Source: an uncultured Gammaproteobacteria bacterium
Lineage (GTDB): Bacteria > Pseudomonadota > Gammaproteobacteria > Arenicellales > JAANXG01
Reading direction: 5' to 3'
Length of the DNA stretch: 64,000 nucleotides
NCBI GenBank assembly: GCA_947259705.1
Contig: CAMYNL010000005.1
Coordinates: forward strand, 48,012 to 112,011
Below the pieces are notes generated by a model, which was given only the letters and a program-made list of their open reading frames with translations, did no database searches and had not been told where the DNA came from. Positions 47,544 through 57,011 of this stretch are shown here, one piece after another (the stretch's first letter is position 1; every line of letters starts with the position of its first letter). Made by a program: the position numbers and the translations under genes.

Positions 47544-48932
47544 TCATTGGTCGTCGGCCAAGCGTCGGCGGGCGCGACTAACGGCCTGCCTCACCTGGTC
47601 CGGGGCCGTGCCACCGAAGTGTTTCCTGGCGCCGACGGACCCTTCCAGGGTCAACACCGAGAACACGTCGGTGTCGATGGCAGCGTTGAACCCGCGCAGT
47701 TCGTCCAGCTCCAGCTGATCGAGGCCTATCCCCCGTTCAATGCAGGTACGCACCACCTCGCCGACAACCTCATGGGCGTCCCGGAACGGCACGCCTTTCC
47801 CCACCAGGTATTCCGCAAAGTCGGTCGCAGTGGCGAATCCGGCGCGGGCCGCAGTCAACATGGCATGACGACGGACCTCTATGGTCGGCAGCAGCGCCGT
47901 CAGCACCTGCACGCAGCCGGTGACGGTGTCCACCGCGTCGAACACCGGTTCCTTGTCTTCCTGGTTGTCACGGTTGTAGGCCAGCGGCTGCGACTTCATC
48001 AACACCAGCATGGCGTTCAGCTGCCCTACCACACGCGCGCTCTTGCCCCGGATAAGCTCTGCCACATCCGGGTTCTTCTTCTGCGGCATGATGCTGGAAC
48101 CGGTACAGAATGCATCGCCTATGGTGATGAAACCGTAACGCTCGGACATCCACAGTATCAGTTCTTCGGCGATCCGGGACAGGTGCACCATCAGCAGCGC
48201 CGCGTGGGCGACGAATTCCACCGCAAAATCGCGGTCCGAAACCGCGTCCAGTGAATTCTCGCTGGGACGGTCGAAGCCCAGCTCAGCGGTGGTGAAGTCC
48301 CGGTCCAAGGGAAAGGTGGTGCCGGCCAGTGCGGCGGACCCGAGCGGCGACACATTCATGCGCCTGCGGGCGTCGCCAAAACGCTCGCGGTCACGATGCA
48401 GCATTTCAAACCAGGCCAGCAGGTGATGCCCCAGCGTTACTGGCTGCGCGATCTGCAAATGGGTGAAGCCCGGCATGATGGTCTCGGCCTCCCGTTCGGC
48501 GATATCGACCAGCGCCTCCTGCAGGACCCGCAACTGTGCACGCACTATGTCGGTCGCGTCGCGCAGCCACAGGCGCAGGTCGGTCGCCACCTGGTCGTTC
48601 CTGGATCGCCCGGTATGCAGTTTCTTGCCGACCTCACCGATCCGTTCCGTGAGTTCGGCTTCGATGTTCATGTGCACATCTTCCAGCTGCATGGACCAGG
48701 TGAACTGGCCCTGTTCGATGTCGCGTTCGATGCTGTTCAGGCCCTCCACGATGGCGTCGCATTCGGCCTGATTGAGCACGCCCACCCGGGCCAGCATCCT
48801 CGCATGGGCGATCGATCCGCGTATATCGTGTTTGTAGAGGCGCGAATCGAAGCTCACCGACTCGGTAAAGCGTTCGACCAGCTCGTCGGTGGGCTCGGTG
48901 AAACGGCCACCCCAGGGTTTTTTCCTAGTCAT
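47544..48932 (-). CDS. argH: Argininosuccinate lyase
   Basis: 462 aa: [23 protein letters not shown] and the fumarate-lyase signature [20 protein letters not shown]. Confidence 0.95.
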   Translation of the reverse strand: MTRKKPWGGRFTEPTDELVERFTESVSFDSRLYKHDIRGSIAHARMLARVGVLNQAECDAIVEGLNSIERDIEQGQFTWSMQLEDVHMNIEAELTERIGEVGKKLHTGRSRNDQVATDLRLWLRDATDIVRAQLRVLQEALVDIAEREAETIMPGFTHLQIAQPVTLGHHLLAWFEMLHRDRERFGDARRRMNVSPLGSAALAGTTFPLDRDFTTAELGFDRPSENSLDAVSDRDFAVEFVAHAALLMVHLSRIAEELILWMSERYGFITIGDAFCTGSSIMPQKKNPDVAELIRGKSARVVGQLNAMLVLMKSQPLAYNRDNQEDKEPVFDAVDTVTGCVQVLTALLPTIEVRRHAMLTAARAGFATATDFAEYLVGKGVPFRDAHEVVGEVVRTCIERGIGLDQLELDELRGFNAAIDTDVFSVLTLEGSVGARKHFGGTAPDQVRQAVSRARRRLADDQ

Positions 48933-49063
48933 CTTTATCCATTTTTGAAGGTGTCTGCGGCCTAGGGAAAGTCCCTATAACTGCCCGAAAACATGAGGAA
49001 AATATACTACGACGGAAGTCCCGGCCGTTTATCCGAGATCGCGCTCCGCCCATCGTGCATCGA

Positions 49064-49092
49064 TTGCGTGGCTATAGGGGCTCACCTATATT
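49064..49092 (+). promoter_or_regulatory. Sigma-70-like promoter: TTGCGT, 17 nt spacer, TATATT
   Basis: -35 at 49064-49069 and -10 at 49087-49092, counted directly. No ORF follows before the terminator at 49194-49220. Confidence 0.4.
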
Positions 49093-49099
49093 AATCACC

Positions 49100-49220
49100 G
49101 AGTTAATCCTCATCTGATCTGGTTAAAGAATATACCTGGTTCGGGACACCTTCCTCAGACACCCCCACCTAGTATCCGAATCAGGTCACCTCACCCCCCG
49201 GTTTCGGGGGGTTTTTTTTT
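49100..49220 (+). ncRNA. Candidate small RNA (about 120 nt), or alternatively a terminated leader of the downstream kinase operon
   Basis: It is bounded by the promoter-like element above and a strong intrinsic terminator, and contains no ATG-initiated ORF. A C-rich single-strand-looking stretch CACCTTCCTCAGACACCCCCACC (about 49147-49169) is complementary to Shine-Dalgarno-like GAGGAAGG. Confidence 0.4.
49194..49220 (+). terminator. Rho-independent terminator: CCCCCCG-GTTT-CGGGGGG followed by T9
   Basis: A 7-bp G/C stem, 4-nt loop and nine consecutive T read directly. It is only functional on the + strand, since no T-run follows on the other strand. Confidence 0.85.
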
Positions 49221-49261
49221 GCCCGCACGCAGCTTAGCAGAATGATGCGAATGTACGTAAG

Positions 49262-50344
49262 ATGCTAGTTTCGACTAGCTACCACTCAATGCAAGACGAA
49301 CGCGCCCAAAGGGAGAGCTTTCTGCCGGACTTCGGCAGCGCCACCATCGCTTTTCGCATCCTGCTGGTTGCCCAGGCACTCGCCATCGTGCTCACCTTGG
49401 CCCGCAATGATATTTTCAATCAGGCCGCCTGGCATGATTTTCTGCTCATGACCTCTTTCGTGCAGCTGGTGGCGGTGGGCAGCATAGTGGCGTTGAAGCT
49501 GATCGCGCGCCCGGTGCAGGAAATGGGCGCGGTCACCGGCGCCTCAGTGGTGGTGGTGACCTTGTTGCTGGTCACCGTGGGTGTATCGGAGGGCATCATT
49601 TACGGTATGTACGAGCTGAGGCTGACCGCCGAGCGCTGGCCATCCTGGCATCTTTCCCTGGTGGCGCGCACGCTGGTGGTCAGCCTCATCATCAGCGTTC
49701 TGGCAATACGCTACGCAATCGTCTACCACCGGGCCCAGGTGGAGATCGAAGCCCAGCAGCAAGATCGCCTGCAGGCGCTGCAGTCACGCATCCGGCCGCA
49801 TTTTCTGTTCAACAGCATGAACAGCGTCGCCAGCCTGATCCGTTCGGATCCCGAACTCGCAGAGAAGGCACTACAGGATCTGGCCGATGTATTCCGGGTG
49901 CTGCTGGCAGATGCGCGCAAGATGGTGCCCATCACCGCAGAAAGCGAGCTGGCACGCCAGTATCTCGATATAGAGAAACTGCGGCTGGGAGACCGGTTAC
50001 AGGTGAAATGGACCGCTTCGAACGTACCGCGCAGCGCCCTCATTCCTTCTCTGACCCTGCAGCCGCTGCTCGAAAACGCGGTCTACCACGGCATAGAACC
50101 GAGCTTCGCAGGCGGCACGGTAGATATTCAGCTGTGGTCAGAGGCAGACACCCTGAACGTAATGATCACCAATCCCATACCAGAGGTCACCAATCAGGCC
50201 CAGCATCGCAAGGGGAACCGTATCGCAATGAACAACGTCCGCGAACGGTTGAACAGTCATTTCGATGGGCAGGCGACACTGCAGAATTTTGAGCAGCGAG
50301 GCATTTATCACGTTAAGATAAGAATGCCCATTATGCGTGGTTAG
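49262..50344 (+). CDS. LytS/AlgZ(FimS)-type sensor histidine kinase, copy 1
   Basis: 360 aa. N-terminal FLPDFG motif, four TM segments, His-kinase block SRIRPHFLFNSMNSVASLI and ATPase block LQPLLENAVYHGIE. Confidence 0.82.
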   Translation: MLVSTSYHSMQDERAQRESFLPDFGSATIAFRILLVAQALAIVLTLARNDIFNQAAWHDFLLMTSFVQLVAVGSIVALKLIARPVQEMGAVTGASVVVVTLLLVTVGVSEGIIYGMYELRLTAERWPSWHLSLVARTLVVSLIISVLAIRYAIVYHRAQVEIEAQQQDRLQALQSRIRPHFLFNSMNSVASLIRSDPELAEKALQDLADVFRVLLADARKMVPITAESELARQYLDIEKLRLGDRLQVKWTASNVPRSALIPSLTLQPLLENAVYHGIEPSFAGGTVDIQLWSEADTLNVMITNPIPEVTNQAQHRKGNRIAMNNVRERLNSHFDGQATLQNFEQRGIYHVKIRMPIMRG

Positions 50345-50347
50345 AAC

Positions 50348-51487
50348 TTGAATATATCGCAACAACTCGTCAATGGTGCACGGCTGCTCAGCGCAGGTGG
50401 CGAGAAGGAAAAGCCCGAACAGCCAAGCGTCGACCAGATCACCGCGACCGCGGGCGTAATCCCCGATTTCTGCCGCGGCGAAATGGTGTTGAACGTTGTG
50501 GTTCTAGCGCAGTTCGTCGCTATTATCTTCACGATCGTCATCCCCAGCCTTACCGCCAGCATATTCGCCGACCTCTTTCTCATCTCGATATTCATTCAGT
50601 GGATAGCCCTGATGAGCGTCAGCGCCCTGTGCCTGGCGCGACCCTACCTGAACCGCCTGCCGGAACGACGCGCACTGCTGATGGCTTACCTGCTGTTGTT
50701 GTGCATCACCTGGCTGGTGGGGGAATTCGCGCTCTGGATACTCGCCACCTTTGAACTCGTGTCTTCCGCGCGTCCGTCGTGGTACGGCTATTTCCACGCC
50801 CAGAATCTCATGGTAAGCGCCATCATCAACGCTCTCGCCCTGCGCTACTTCGTGGCCCGGCACCAGCTGCGGCTGAAGACACAATCCGAGGAACGTGTGC
50901 GGGCCGAGATCCTGCGCCAAAAGATCCGCCCCCATTTTCTCTTCAACAGTATGAACATTATCGCCAGCCTGACTCAGCGAGCGCCGGTTCGGGCCGAGGC
51001 CGCAATCGAGGATGTCGCCGAGTTGTTCCGCCTGATGCTGGACGAGACCAAGGACCTCGTTCCCTTGCACCGCGAAATCAGGCTGGCGCGGAAATACATT
51101 AAACTGGAAAAGTTGAGGCTCGAGCAGCGACTCAATGTCAACTGGCATGTGGGGTCGGTGCCGAGGACCGTCAAGACTCCGGTACTGATCCTGCAACTGC
51201 TGCTCGAGAACGCGGTATCCCACGGTATCGAACAACTGCCGGAGGGAGGCGACATTGACATCTCCGTAGGCATGGGCGAGGACGAGAAGCATCTGCTCAT
51301 CGAGGTGGCCAACCCTTTGCCCGCAAAGCAGTGGGAAGCGGGACCCGAGCACGGCAGCGCGTTGGATAATATTCGTCTGCGTCTTCGCGATCATTACGGC
51401 GACGAGGCCTCGCTCAAGATCGAGAAGGACACCGGGCGATTCCGAGTTATCATCAGTCACCCAGCATGGGAGAATGACCAGCAATGA
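50348..51487 (+). CDS. LytS/AlgZ(FimS)-type sensor histidine kinase, copy 2
   Basis: 379 aa with the same architecture: IPDFCRG, QKIRPHFLFNSMNIIASL, LQLLLENAVSHGIE. The TTG start lies 3 nt after the copy-1 stop, and its stop overlaps the algR-like ATG (ATGA at 51484). Confidence 0.82.
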   Translation: MNISQQLVNGARLLSAGGEKEKPEQPSVDQITATAGVIPDFCRGEMVLNVVVLAQFVAIIFTIVIPSLTASIFADLFLISIFIQWIALMSVSALCLARPYLNRLPERRALLMAYLLLLCITWLVGEFALWILATFELVSSARPSWYGYFHAQNLMVSAIINALALRYFVARHQLRLKTQSEERVRAEILRQKIRPHFLFNSMNIIASLTQRAPVRAEAAIEDVAELFRLMLDETKDLVPLHREIRLARKYIKLEKLRLEQRLNVNWHVGSVPRTVKTPVLILQLLLENAVSHGIEQLPEGGDIDISVGMGEDEKHLLIEVANPLPAKQWEAGPEHGSALDNIRLRLRDHYGDEASLKIEKDTGRFRVIISHPAWENDQQ

Positions 51488-52215
51488 AAATCCTTGTAGT
51501 CGATGATGAAAAACTTGCTCGCGCGCGCATGCGTGAGCTCATCGAAAAGACCGGCGAACACGCCATCATTGGCGAAGCCATGAATGGCAACGAGGCGATT
51601 GAGAAGACCATGGCCCTTAAACCGGACTGCCTGCTCATGGATATTCGGATGCCTGTCATGGACGGACTTGAGGCGGCAATGCATCTGCAGTCCCTGGAGA
51701 TCCCACCGGCAGTCATTTTCACCACCGCCTACGACCAGCATGCGCTAGAGGCGTTCGAGGTGAACGCGGTGGACTATCTGCTCAAGCCGATACGCAAGGA
51801 TCGCCTGTCAGCAGCCCTGCAGAAAGCCAAACGTGTCTCCCTGAAACAGTTGAAGGAGGTCAATCGCGCCCAGGACGAACCCGCAGCGAGGTCGCACATC
51901 AGCGTACACATGCGTGGACAGATCACTCTGATACCGATACAGGACATCATTTACTTCATGGCCGACAACAAGTACGTGACCGTCCGCACCGCCAGCGAGC
52001 AGCACCTGATAGAGGATTCCCTCGTGAGCCTGGAAGACGAGTTTCGGGATCGTTTCCTGCGGATTCATCGCAACGCGCTGGTGGCGGTCGAGTATATCCG
52101 GGGCATCGAGAAGCAACCATCCGGCCGCTGGCGCGTGCTGTTGCGGAAGATCGATGACAAGCTGGATGTGAGTCGCAGGCACACGCCCGCGGTGCGGCGC
52201 TGGACGCGTCGCTGA
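51484..52215 (+). CDS. algR: LytR/AlgR-family response regulator (REC plus LytTR DNA-binding domain)
   Basis: MKILVVDDEKLARARMRELI...LLMDIRMPVMDGLE (receiver) and IYFMADNKYVTVRT...FLRIHRNALVAVEYI (LytTR). It has the conserved position between the algZ-type kinase and hemC. Confidence 0.88.
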   Translation: MKILVVDDEKLARARMRELIEKTGEHAIIGEAMNGNEAIEKTMALKPDCLLMDIRMPVMDGLEAAMHLQSLEIPPAVIFTTAYDQHALEAFEVNAVDYLLKPIRKDRLSAALQKAKRVSLKQLKEVNRAQDEPAARSHISVHMRGQITLIPIQDIIYFMADNKYVTVRTASEQHLIEDSLVSLEDEFRDRFLRIHRNALVAVEYIRGIEKQPSGRWRVLLRKIDDKLDVSRRHTPAVRRWTRR

Positions 52216-52225
52216 TCCGGGGCGG

Positions 52226-52699
52226 TCAGTTCCCGGACGACAGCAGGGCGGTGTGCGCCTGGTCAAGGCGCTGATACAGGTAAGCCAGATAGAAGTCTTC
52301 GACCCCGACACCGACCAGGTCATCCGCCAGGCGCTCCCCGGCGCTGGAGAAGAAACGCAGCGTCGGCACCAGCTGCACACCCTGGCGCGCCGAAAACTCA
52401 GCGTGACTCGTCCGCACACCGGCGAAATCCACGATCGGTGTGGCGTCATCCTTCACCATGCGAATCACCGCTCGCTCGGCGGTGGCGGGATCCGCCGCCA
52501 GCGGGCCCAGGTAGTACCGGGCAATCAGATCACAATAGGGACACTCGTCACTACTGAACATAATGACGATCGGCACCTCGCGCGCGGCCGCCTGCGCAGC
52601 GTCTGAATCCAGGTCGTGTGCAATGGGCAACAATTCAGCGCGCGCGATATCCAACACCGATATCGCCAGCATCACACCCACGCACAGACCCAGTTTCAT
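52226..52699 (-). CDS. Periplasmic thioredoxin-fold protein (CPYC motif)
   Basis: 157 aa. Signal peptide MKLGLCVGVMLAISVLDIARA, then VPIVIMFSSDECPYCDLIARYYL...VQLVPTLRFF. Confidence 0.6.
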   Translation of the reverse strand: MKLGLCVGVMLAISVLDIARAELLPIAHDLDSDAAQAAAREVPIVIMFSSDECPYCDLIARYYLGPLAADPATAERAVIRMVKDDATPIVDFAGVRTSHAEFSARQGVQLVPTLRFFSSAGERLADDLVGVGVEDFYLAYLYQRLDQAHTALLSSGN

Positions 52700-52827
52700 G
52701 TTTCTCAGGCTAGCATAAGCGGGATACTGTCAGTATCCCGCCAACGGGAGATCGCCCCTATCACTTTCGCCAACATTCCGGACAAAGTGCTAGCATGCGC
52801 GGCACCAGGAACCACCGAACGACAAGC

Positions 52828-53754
52828 ATGAAGACCCTACGTATCGCCACCCGTCAAAGTCCGCTAGCCCTCTGGCAGGCAAAGCACGTCCGTGCCGAGC
52901 TGTCCCGTCATCACCCGGCCCTGGCCCTGGAACTGGTGCCGATGACCACGCAAGGAGACCGCATGCTAAGCGCCCCGCTCGCCGCGGTGGGCGGTAAGGG
53001 TCTGTTTCTGAAAGAACTCGAGGACGGCCTGCTCAACGGAAAAGCGGACATCGCCGTGCATAGTATGAAGGACGTCACCGTCAATCTGCCGCCGGGTCTG
53101 CATCTAGCAGTCATGTGCGAACGGGCTGACGCCACCGATGCCTTCGTCTCGAACCATCACCCAAGATTACAGGACCTGCCGGAACGCGCGCGGGTGGGCA
53201 CTTCCAGTTTACGGCGCGGCTGCCAGCTGAAGCACGCGTTTCCGCATCTCGAGATCCTGCCCCTGCGGGGCAACGTGAACACGCGACTGGCCAAGCTCGA
53301 CGACGGGCACTACGACGCCATCATCCTCGCCGCCGCGGGACTGCGGCGGCTGGGTTTCGACGACCGCATCAGGCACGAGATCGATGTCGACACCTCCCTG
53401 CCGGCCGTCGGCCAGGGGGTCATGGGGATAGAGTGCCGGGAGGACGACGACTGGGTCAACGAACTCCTGCAGCCCCTGAACCATGAGCCGTCGACCTTGT
53501 GCGTACGCGCGGAGCGCGCCATGAACGCGGACCTGGAAGGGGGTTGTCAGGTCCCGATCGCCGGGTTCGCCCGTATCCAAGGCGGCCGACTCGAACTGCG
53601 TGGCCTGGTCGGCGATCCGGACGGCAGCCGTGTGCTGCGCGCCAGTGCCAGCGGGGAGGCGCACCTCCCGGATAGCGTCGGTGCCGCAGTGGCCAAAGAC
53701 CTTATCTCTCAAGGAGCGCGGGAAATTCTTCGTGCAGTCTACTCGGCTTCCTGA
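52828..53754 (+). CDS. hemC: Hydroxymethylbilane synthase (porphobilinogen deaminase)
   Basis: MKTLRIATRQSPLALWQAKHV...GDRMLSAPLAAVGGKGLFLKELE...GNVNTRLAKLD. Confidence 0.94.
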   Translation: MKTLRIATRQSPLALWQAKHVRAELSRHHPALALELVPMTTQGDRMLSAPLAAVGGKGLFLKELEDGLLNGKADIAVHSMKDVTVNLPPGLHLAVMCERADATDAFVSNHHPRLQDLPERARVGTSSLRRGCQLKHAFPHLEILPLRGNVNTRLAKLDDGHYDAIILAAAGLRRLGFDDRIRHEIDVDTSLPAVGQGVMGIECREDDDWVNELLQPLNHEPSTLCVRAERAMNADLEGGCQVPIAGFARIQGGRLELRGLVGDPDGSRVLRASASGEAHLPDSVGAAVAKDLISQGAREILRAVYSAS

Positions 53755-54517
53755 TCTGTCCGGTGTCACAGTCCTGGTCACCAGACCCGCGCAACAGGCG
53801 GGACCGCTGGTGGCCGCGGTAGAGACAGCGCGCGGCCGGGCACTGCGGATGCCGTTGATAGCCATAGAGGCCTGTCCGCAGCCCCCGGCCCTGAAACAAC
53901 TGTCGCGTTTCGACTGGCTGATCTTCGTCAGCGCCAACGCCGTGACCCACTCGCTGGGCAGGCATCCGAAACCGGTCCAGTTGGCCCCCGGCACCAGGGT
54001 GGCGGCCATCGGCGCCGCCACCGCTCGCGCGCTGGAGCAGCGTGGCATCAAGGTTTCCCTGCGGCCCCAAGCAAGCGCCAACAGTGAGGCCCTGCTCGCC
54101 TGTGCACCCCTGCAGCGCGTCGAGGGCGAAAACATCCTCATTCTGCGTGGAGCCGGCGGCCGCGAGTTGCTGCGACAGGAGCTGGAGCAGCGGGGGGCAC
54201 AGGTCAGCTACGCGGAGTGCTATCGCAGGGTGCGGCCCGATGCCGATACCAAGCCTCTCTATCACGCCTGGGCGGCAGGCAAAGTCGTCGTCATATCTGT
54301 CACCAGTGTGGAAAGTCTCCGTAACCTGGTGCAGATCGTGGAGCACGACCGGCGGCGGGATCTGCTGGACGCCCCGCTGCTGGTGGTCGGCGAGCGCCAG
54401 CGACATGCCGCCCTGGAGATGGGCTGGAAAGGAACCATCATCGTCGCCGACGACGCCGATCCCGATGCCATGGTCAATGCCCTCAGTGCCGCCATGCCTG
54501 GCATCCAAAGCGGCTGA
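53732..54517 (+). CDS. hemD: Uroporphyrinogen-III synthase
   Basis: Proposed GTG start at 53732, giving ...LSGVTVLVTRPAQQAGPLVAAVE...WLIFVSANAV..., a typical HemD. It overlaps the hemC 3' end by about 23 nt. The start is uncertain. Confidence 0.8.
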   Translation: MQSTRLPDLSGVTVLVTRPAQQAGPLVAAVETARGRALRMPLIAIEACPQPPALKQLSRFDWLIFVSANAVTHSLGRHPKPVQLAPGTRVAAIGAATARALEQRGIKVSLRPQASANSEALLACAPLQRVEGENILILRGAGGRELLRQELEQRGAQVSYAECYRRVRPDADTKPLYHAWAAGKVVVISVTSVESLRNLVQIVEHDRRRDLLDAPLLVVGERQRHAALEMGWKGTIIVADDADPDAMVNALSAAMPGIQSG

Positions 54518-54575
54518 CCCAGCCCGCGGGCGGCTTATGATAAAGTCTCCCCCGGAGTTCCACCATTGAGATGAC

Positions 54576-55757
54576 ATGATGACGGACGAACAAAAGACCA
54601 ACGAACAGGGGCCTGAGGAGGCCGAGAAGGCCTTACCGGCGGACGAGATGGCGGGTGCCGACCAGCCGTCTACACCTGGCGCCGCGGCTGACACCGCCGC
54701 CCCTGGCTCCGGGCGCGGTCTGGGCATCGTCGCGCTGCTCGCCGCGCTGGTCGCCTTGGCCGCCAGCGGTTACCTTTGGTACCGCGTCGAGGTACTGCAG
54801 AGAATCGAACAGGGAATGACCCTCGCCACCCTCGGCGGCGACCTCAAAGTCACCAGCCAGGGCCTGGCCACCGTGGAGAAACAACAGGCCAAGATCGCGG
54901 AGCGTCAGGACCAGCTGGACGCCACCATCAAGTCCACCATCAAGGAGTACATCCAGCCGCTGCAGGCCCAACAGGGCGAGTTGACGTCGCGCCAGAAGGA
55001 GCTGATGGGGTCTGTGGAGAAGGTCTACCAGGACCTCGACCGCAACCTGGACTCGTTCGCCCTCGAAGAGGTGGAGCAGCTGCTGCGCATCGCCAACCAT
55101 AGTGCCGCCCTGGCGGGAGACGCAGGCACCGCCCTCACGGCCCTTCAGCTTGCCGACCGTCGCCTGCAGGATTTCGGCAACCCCGGCCTGCTGGAAGTGC
55201 GCAAGCAGATTGGCGCCGAGCTGACTCAGCTCAAATCCGTGGAGCCCGTCGACCTGCCTGGGATCGCGGTGCGGCTTTCCAACATGTCCAGGAATGTCGA
55301 GCAGCTACCCTTGCTTAACGAACCCGACCGGCTGCTGCCCTCCGGCGGCGACCCCGCCGCCACAGCGCAGACCCCAGACGATGACGATGCCTGGATGCGC
55401 GCCGGCCGGGAGCTGCTGGCGGACCTTCGGAACCTGGTGCGGATACAGAATGTGAGCGAATCGGCGAAGCCACTGCTGACCCCGGAGCAGCGCTACTTCC
55501 TGTTCAACAATCTGAAGGTCATGTTGTCGGGATCCCAGATTGCGGCGCTCAGGAAAGACTCCGCCACCTTCCGGTCCAATCTTGACCAGGCCAAACAATG
55601 GCTTCAGGAGTATTTCGATACCGAACAGCACGCGGTGCGGCAACTGATCGCGGATATCGACGAGCTCAGCAAGGTGGACCTGGCGCCACAACTGCCTGAC
55701 ATATCCGGCTCGCTCACTGCGTTGAAGGACATTAAGCAGGAGATGGGTACGCAATGA
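54576..55757 (+). CDS. hemX: HemX-family membrane protein (uroporphyrinogen-III C-methyltransferase-like, misnamed family)
   Basis: 393 aa. It has a low-complexity N-terminus, one TM segment (IVALLAALVALAASGYLWY) and a long coiled-coil periplasmic part. Conserved hemD-hemX-hemY order. Confidence 0.7.
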   Translation: MMTDEQKTNEQGPEEAEKALPADEMAGADQPSTPGAAADTAAPGSGRGLGIVALLAALVALAASGYLWYRVEVLQRIEQGMTLATLGGDLKVTSQGLATVEKQQAKIAERQDQLDATIKSTIKEYIQPLQAQQGELTSRQKELMGSVEKVYQDLDRNLDSFALEEVEQLLRIANHSAALAGDAGTALTALQLADRRLQDFGNPGLLEVRKQIGAELTQLKSVEPVDLPGIAVRLSNMSRNVEQLPLLNEPDRLLPSGGDPAATAQTPDDDDAWMRAGRELLADLRNLVRIQNVSESAKPLLTPEQRYFLFNNLKVMLSGSQIAALRKDSATFRSNLDQAKQWLQEYFDTEQHAVRQLIADIDELSKVDLAPQLPDISGSLTALKDIKQEMGTQ

Positions 55758-56998
55758 AATCCCTGTTGATTACTCTGGTGGCACTGGCGCTGGCGGTGGT
55801 TTTCGCGCTGCTGGTCATGAAAGACCCGGGGTACGTGCTGATCACCCTAAAGCCGTGGAGCATCGAGCTTTCGCTGACATTCTTCCTGGTGCTACTGGCG
55901 GCGGTCTTCGTGCTCCTGTACCTGGCCATCCGGTTCCTGGTGCGTACTTGGAACACCCCGAAAGACGTGAAACGCTGGCGTAAGCAGCGGCTCACTACCA
56001 AGGCTCACAAACTGCAAACCCGCGGCATGATGCGAGTCATCGAGGGCGACTGGAAGAAGGCTGAGCAGCAGTTGATGAGCCATCTGGCGAACTCGGAAAC
56101 GCCGGCCCTCAATTACCTGGGCGCAGCCCATGCGGCCCAAGGCCGAGGCAACCTGGAGCAGCGGGACCGTTATCTGGCGCTCGCCCATAAAGCCGATCCC
56201 AGTCAGGTAGTCGCGATCGGGCTCACCCAGGCCACCCTGCAGTACCGTTCGGGGCAGACCGAGCAGGCGTTGGCGACGCTGAAGAGTCTGCGCGGCCGCG
56301 CACCCAAGAATCCGAAGGTGCTGGGCCTGAGCGTCAAGGTGATGGCGGAACTGCAGGACTGGAAGGGCTTGCTGGACACCCTGCCGGCGGCGCGAAAGTA
56401 CGGTGGTGTGCCGGCCGAAGACGCGGTTCGCCTGCAGTCACGGGCCAACCAGCAACTGCTTGCCCACTCCCCGGAAGACGGGCAGCTGGAGTCGGCATGG
56501 CAATCCTTGGCCCGTGATGACCGGCGCGATCCCGAACTGTTGAAGGCCTACGCAGAGCGGCAGATAGAACTCGGTAACGTGCAACATGCCGAGGAGTTGC
56601 TGCGCAAGGAAATCTCTCGAAACTGGCAGCCAGCTCTGGTTCGCCTCTACGGCCGAGTGAAAGGCAACGATCCCGCGCGCCAGTTGAAGGCAGCGGAAAA
56701 ATGGGCCGCGAACCATGAGGACAGCCCCGAGTTGATGCTCACGCTGGCGCAGCTGTCACTTAACAACGAGTTGTGGGGTAAGGCGCGGGCATACCTGGAG
56801 GCCTGCATCGCTTCCGGAGGATCGGCGGAAGCCTACCGCGAGCTAGGGCAGCTGCTGGAACAGCTCGATGAACGTGACGCCGCCCTGGAATTGTACCGCG
56901 ATGGGCTGGAGCGGGCGGTGCCCAGCGATCAACGTCCGGTTGCCTTGCCGGCCGCCGAACCCGTCCCAACTGCCACCGGCGACAAGCCGCCGGACTAG
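55754..56998 (+). CDS. hemY: HemY-family TPR membrane protein
   Basis: 414 aa. Two N-terminal TM helices (LLITLVALALAVVFALLV, LTFFLVLLAAVFVLLYLAI) and TPR-like repeats. The start overlaps the hemX stop (ATGA). Confidence 0.75.
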   Translation: MKSLLITLVALALAVVFALLVMKDPGYVLITLKPWSIELSLTFFLVLLAAVFVLLYLAIRFLVRTWNTPKDVKRWRKQRLTTKAHKLQTRGMMRVIEGDWKKAEQQLMSHLANSETPALNYLGAAHAAQGRGNLEQRDRYLALAHKADPSQVVAIGLTQATLQYRSGQTEQALATLKSLRGRAPKNPKVLGLSVKVMAELQDWKGLLDTLPAARKYGGVPAEDAVRLQSRANQQLLAHSPEDGQLESAWQSLARDDRRDPELLKAYAERQIELGNVQHAEELLRKEISRNWQPALVRLYGRVKGNDPARQLKAAEKWAANHEDSPELMLTLAQLSLNNELWGKARAYLEACIASGGSAEAYRELGQLLEQLDERDAALELYRDGLERAVPSDQRPVALPAAEPVPTATGDKPPD

Positions 56999-57011
56999 CT
57001 AGATATTCAAT

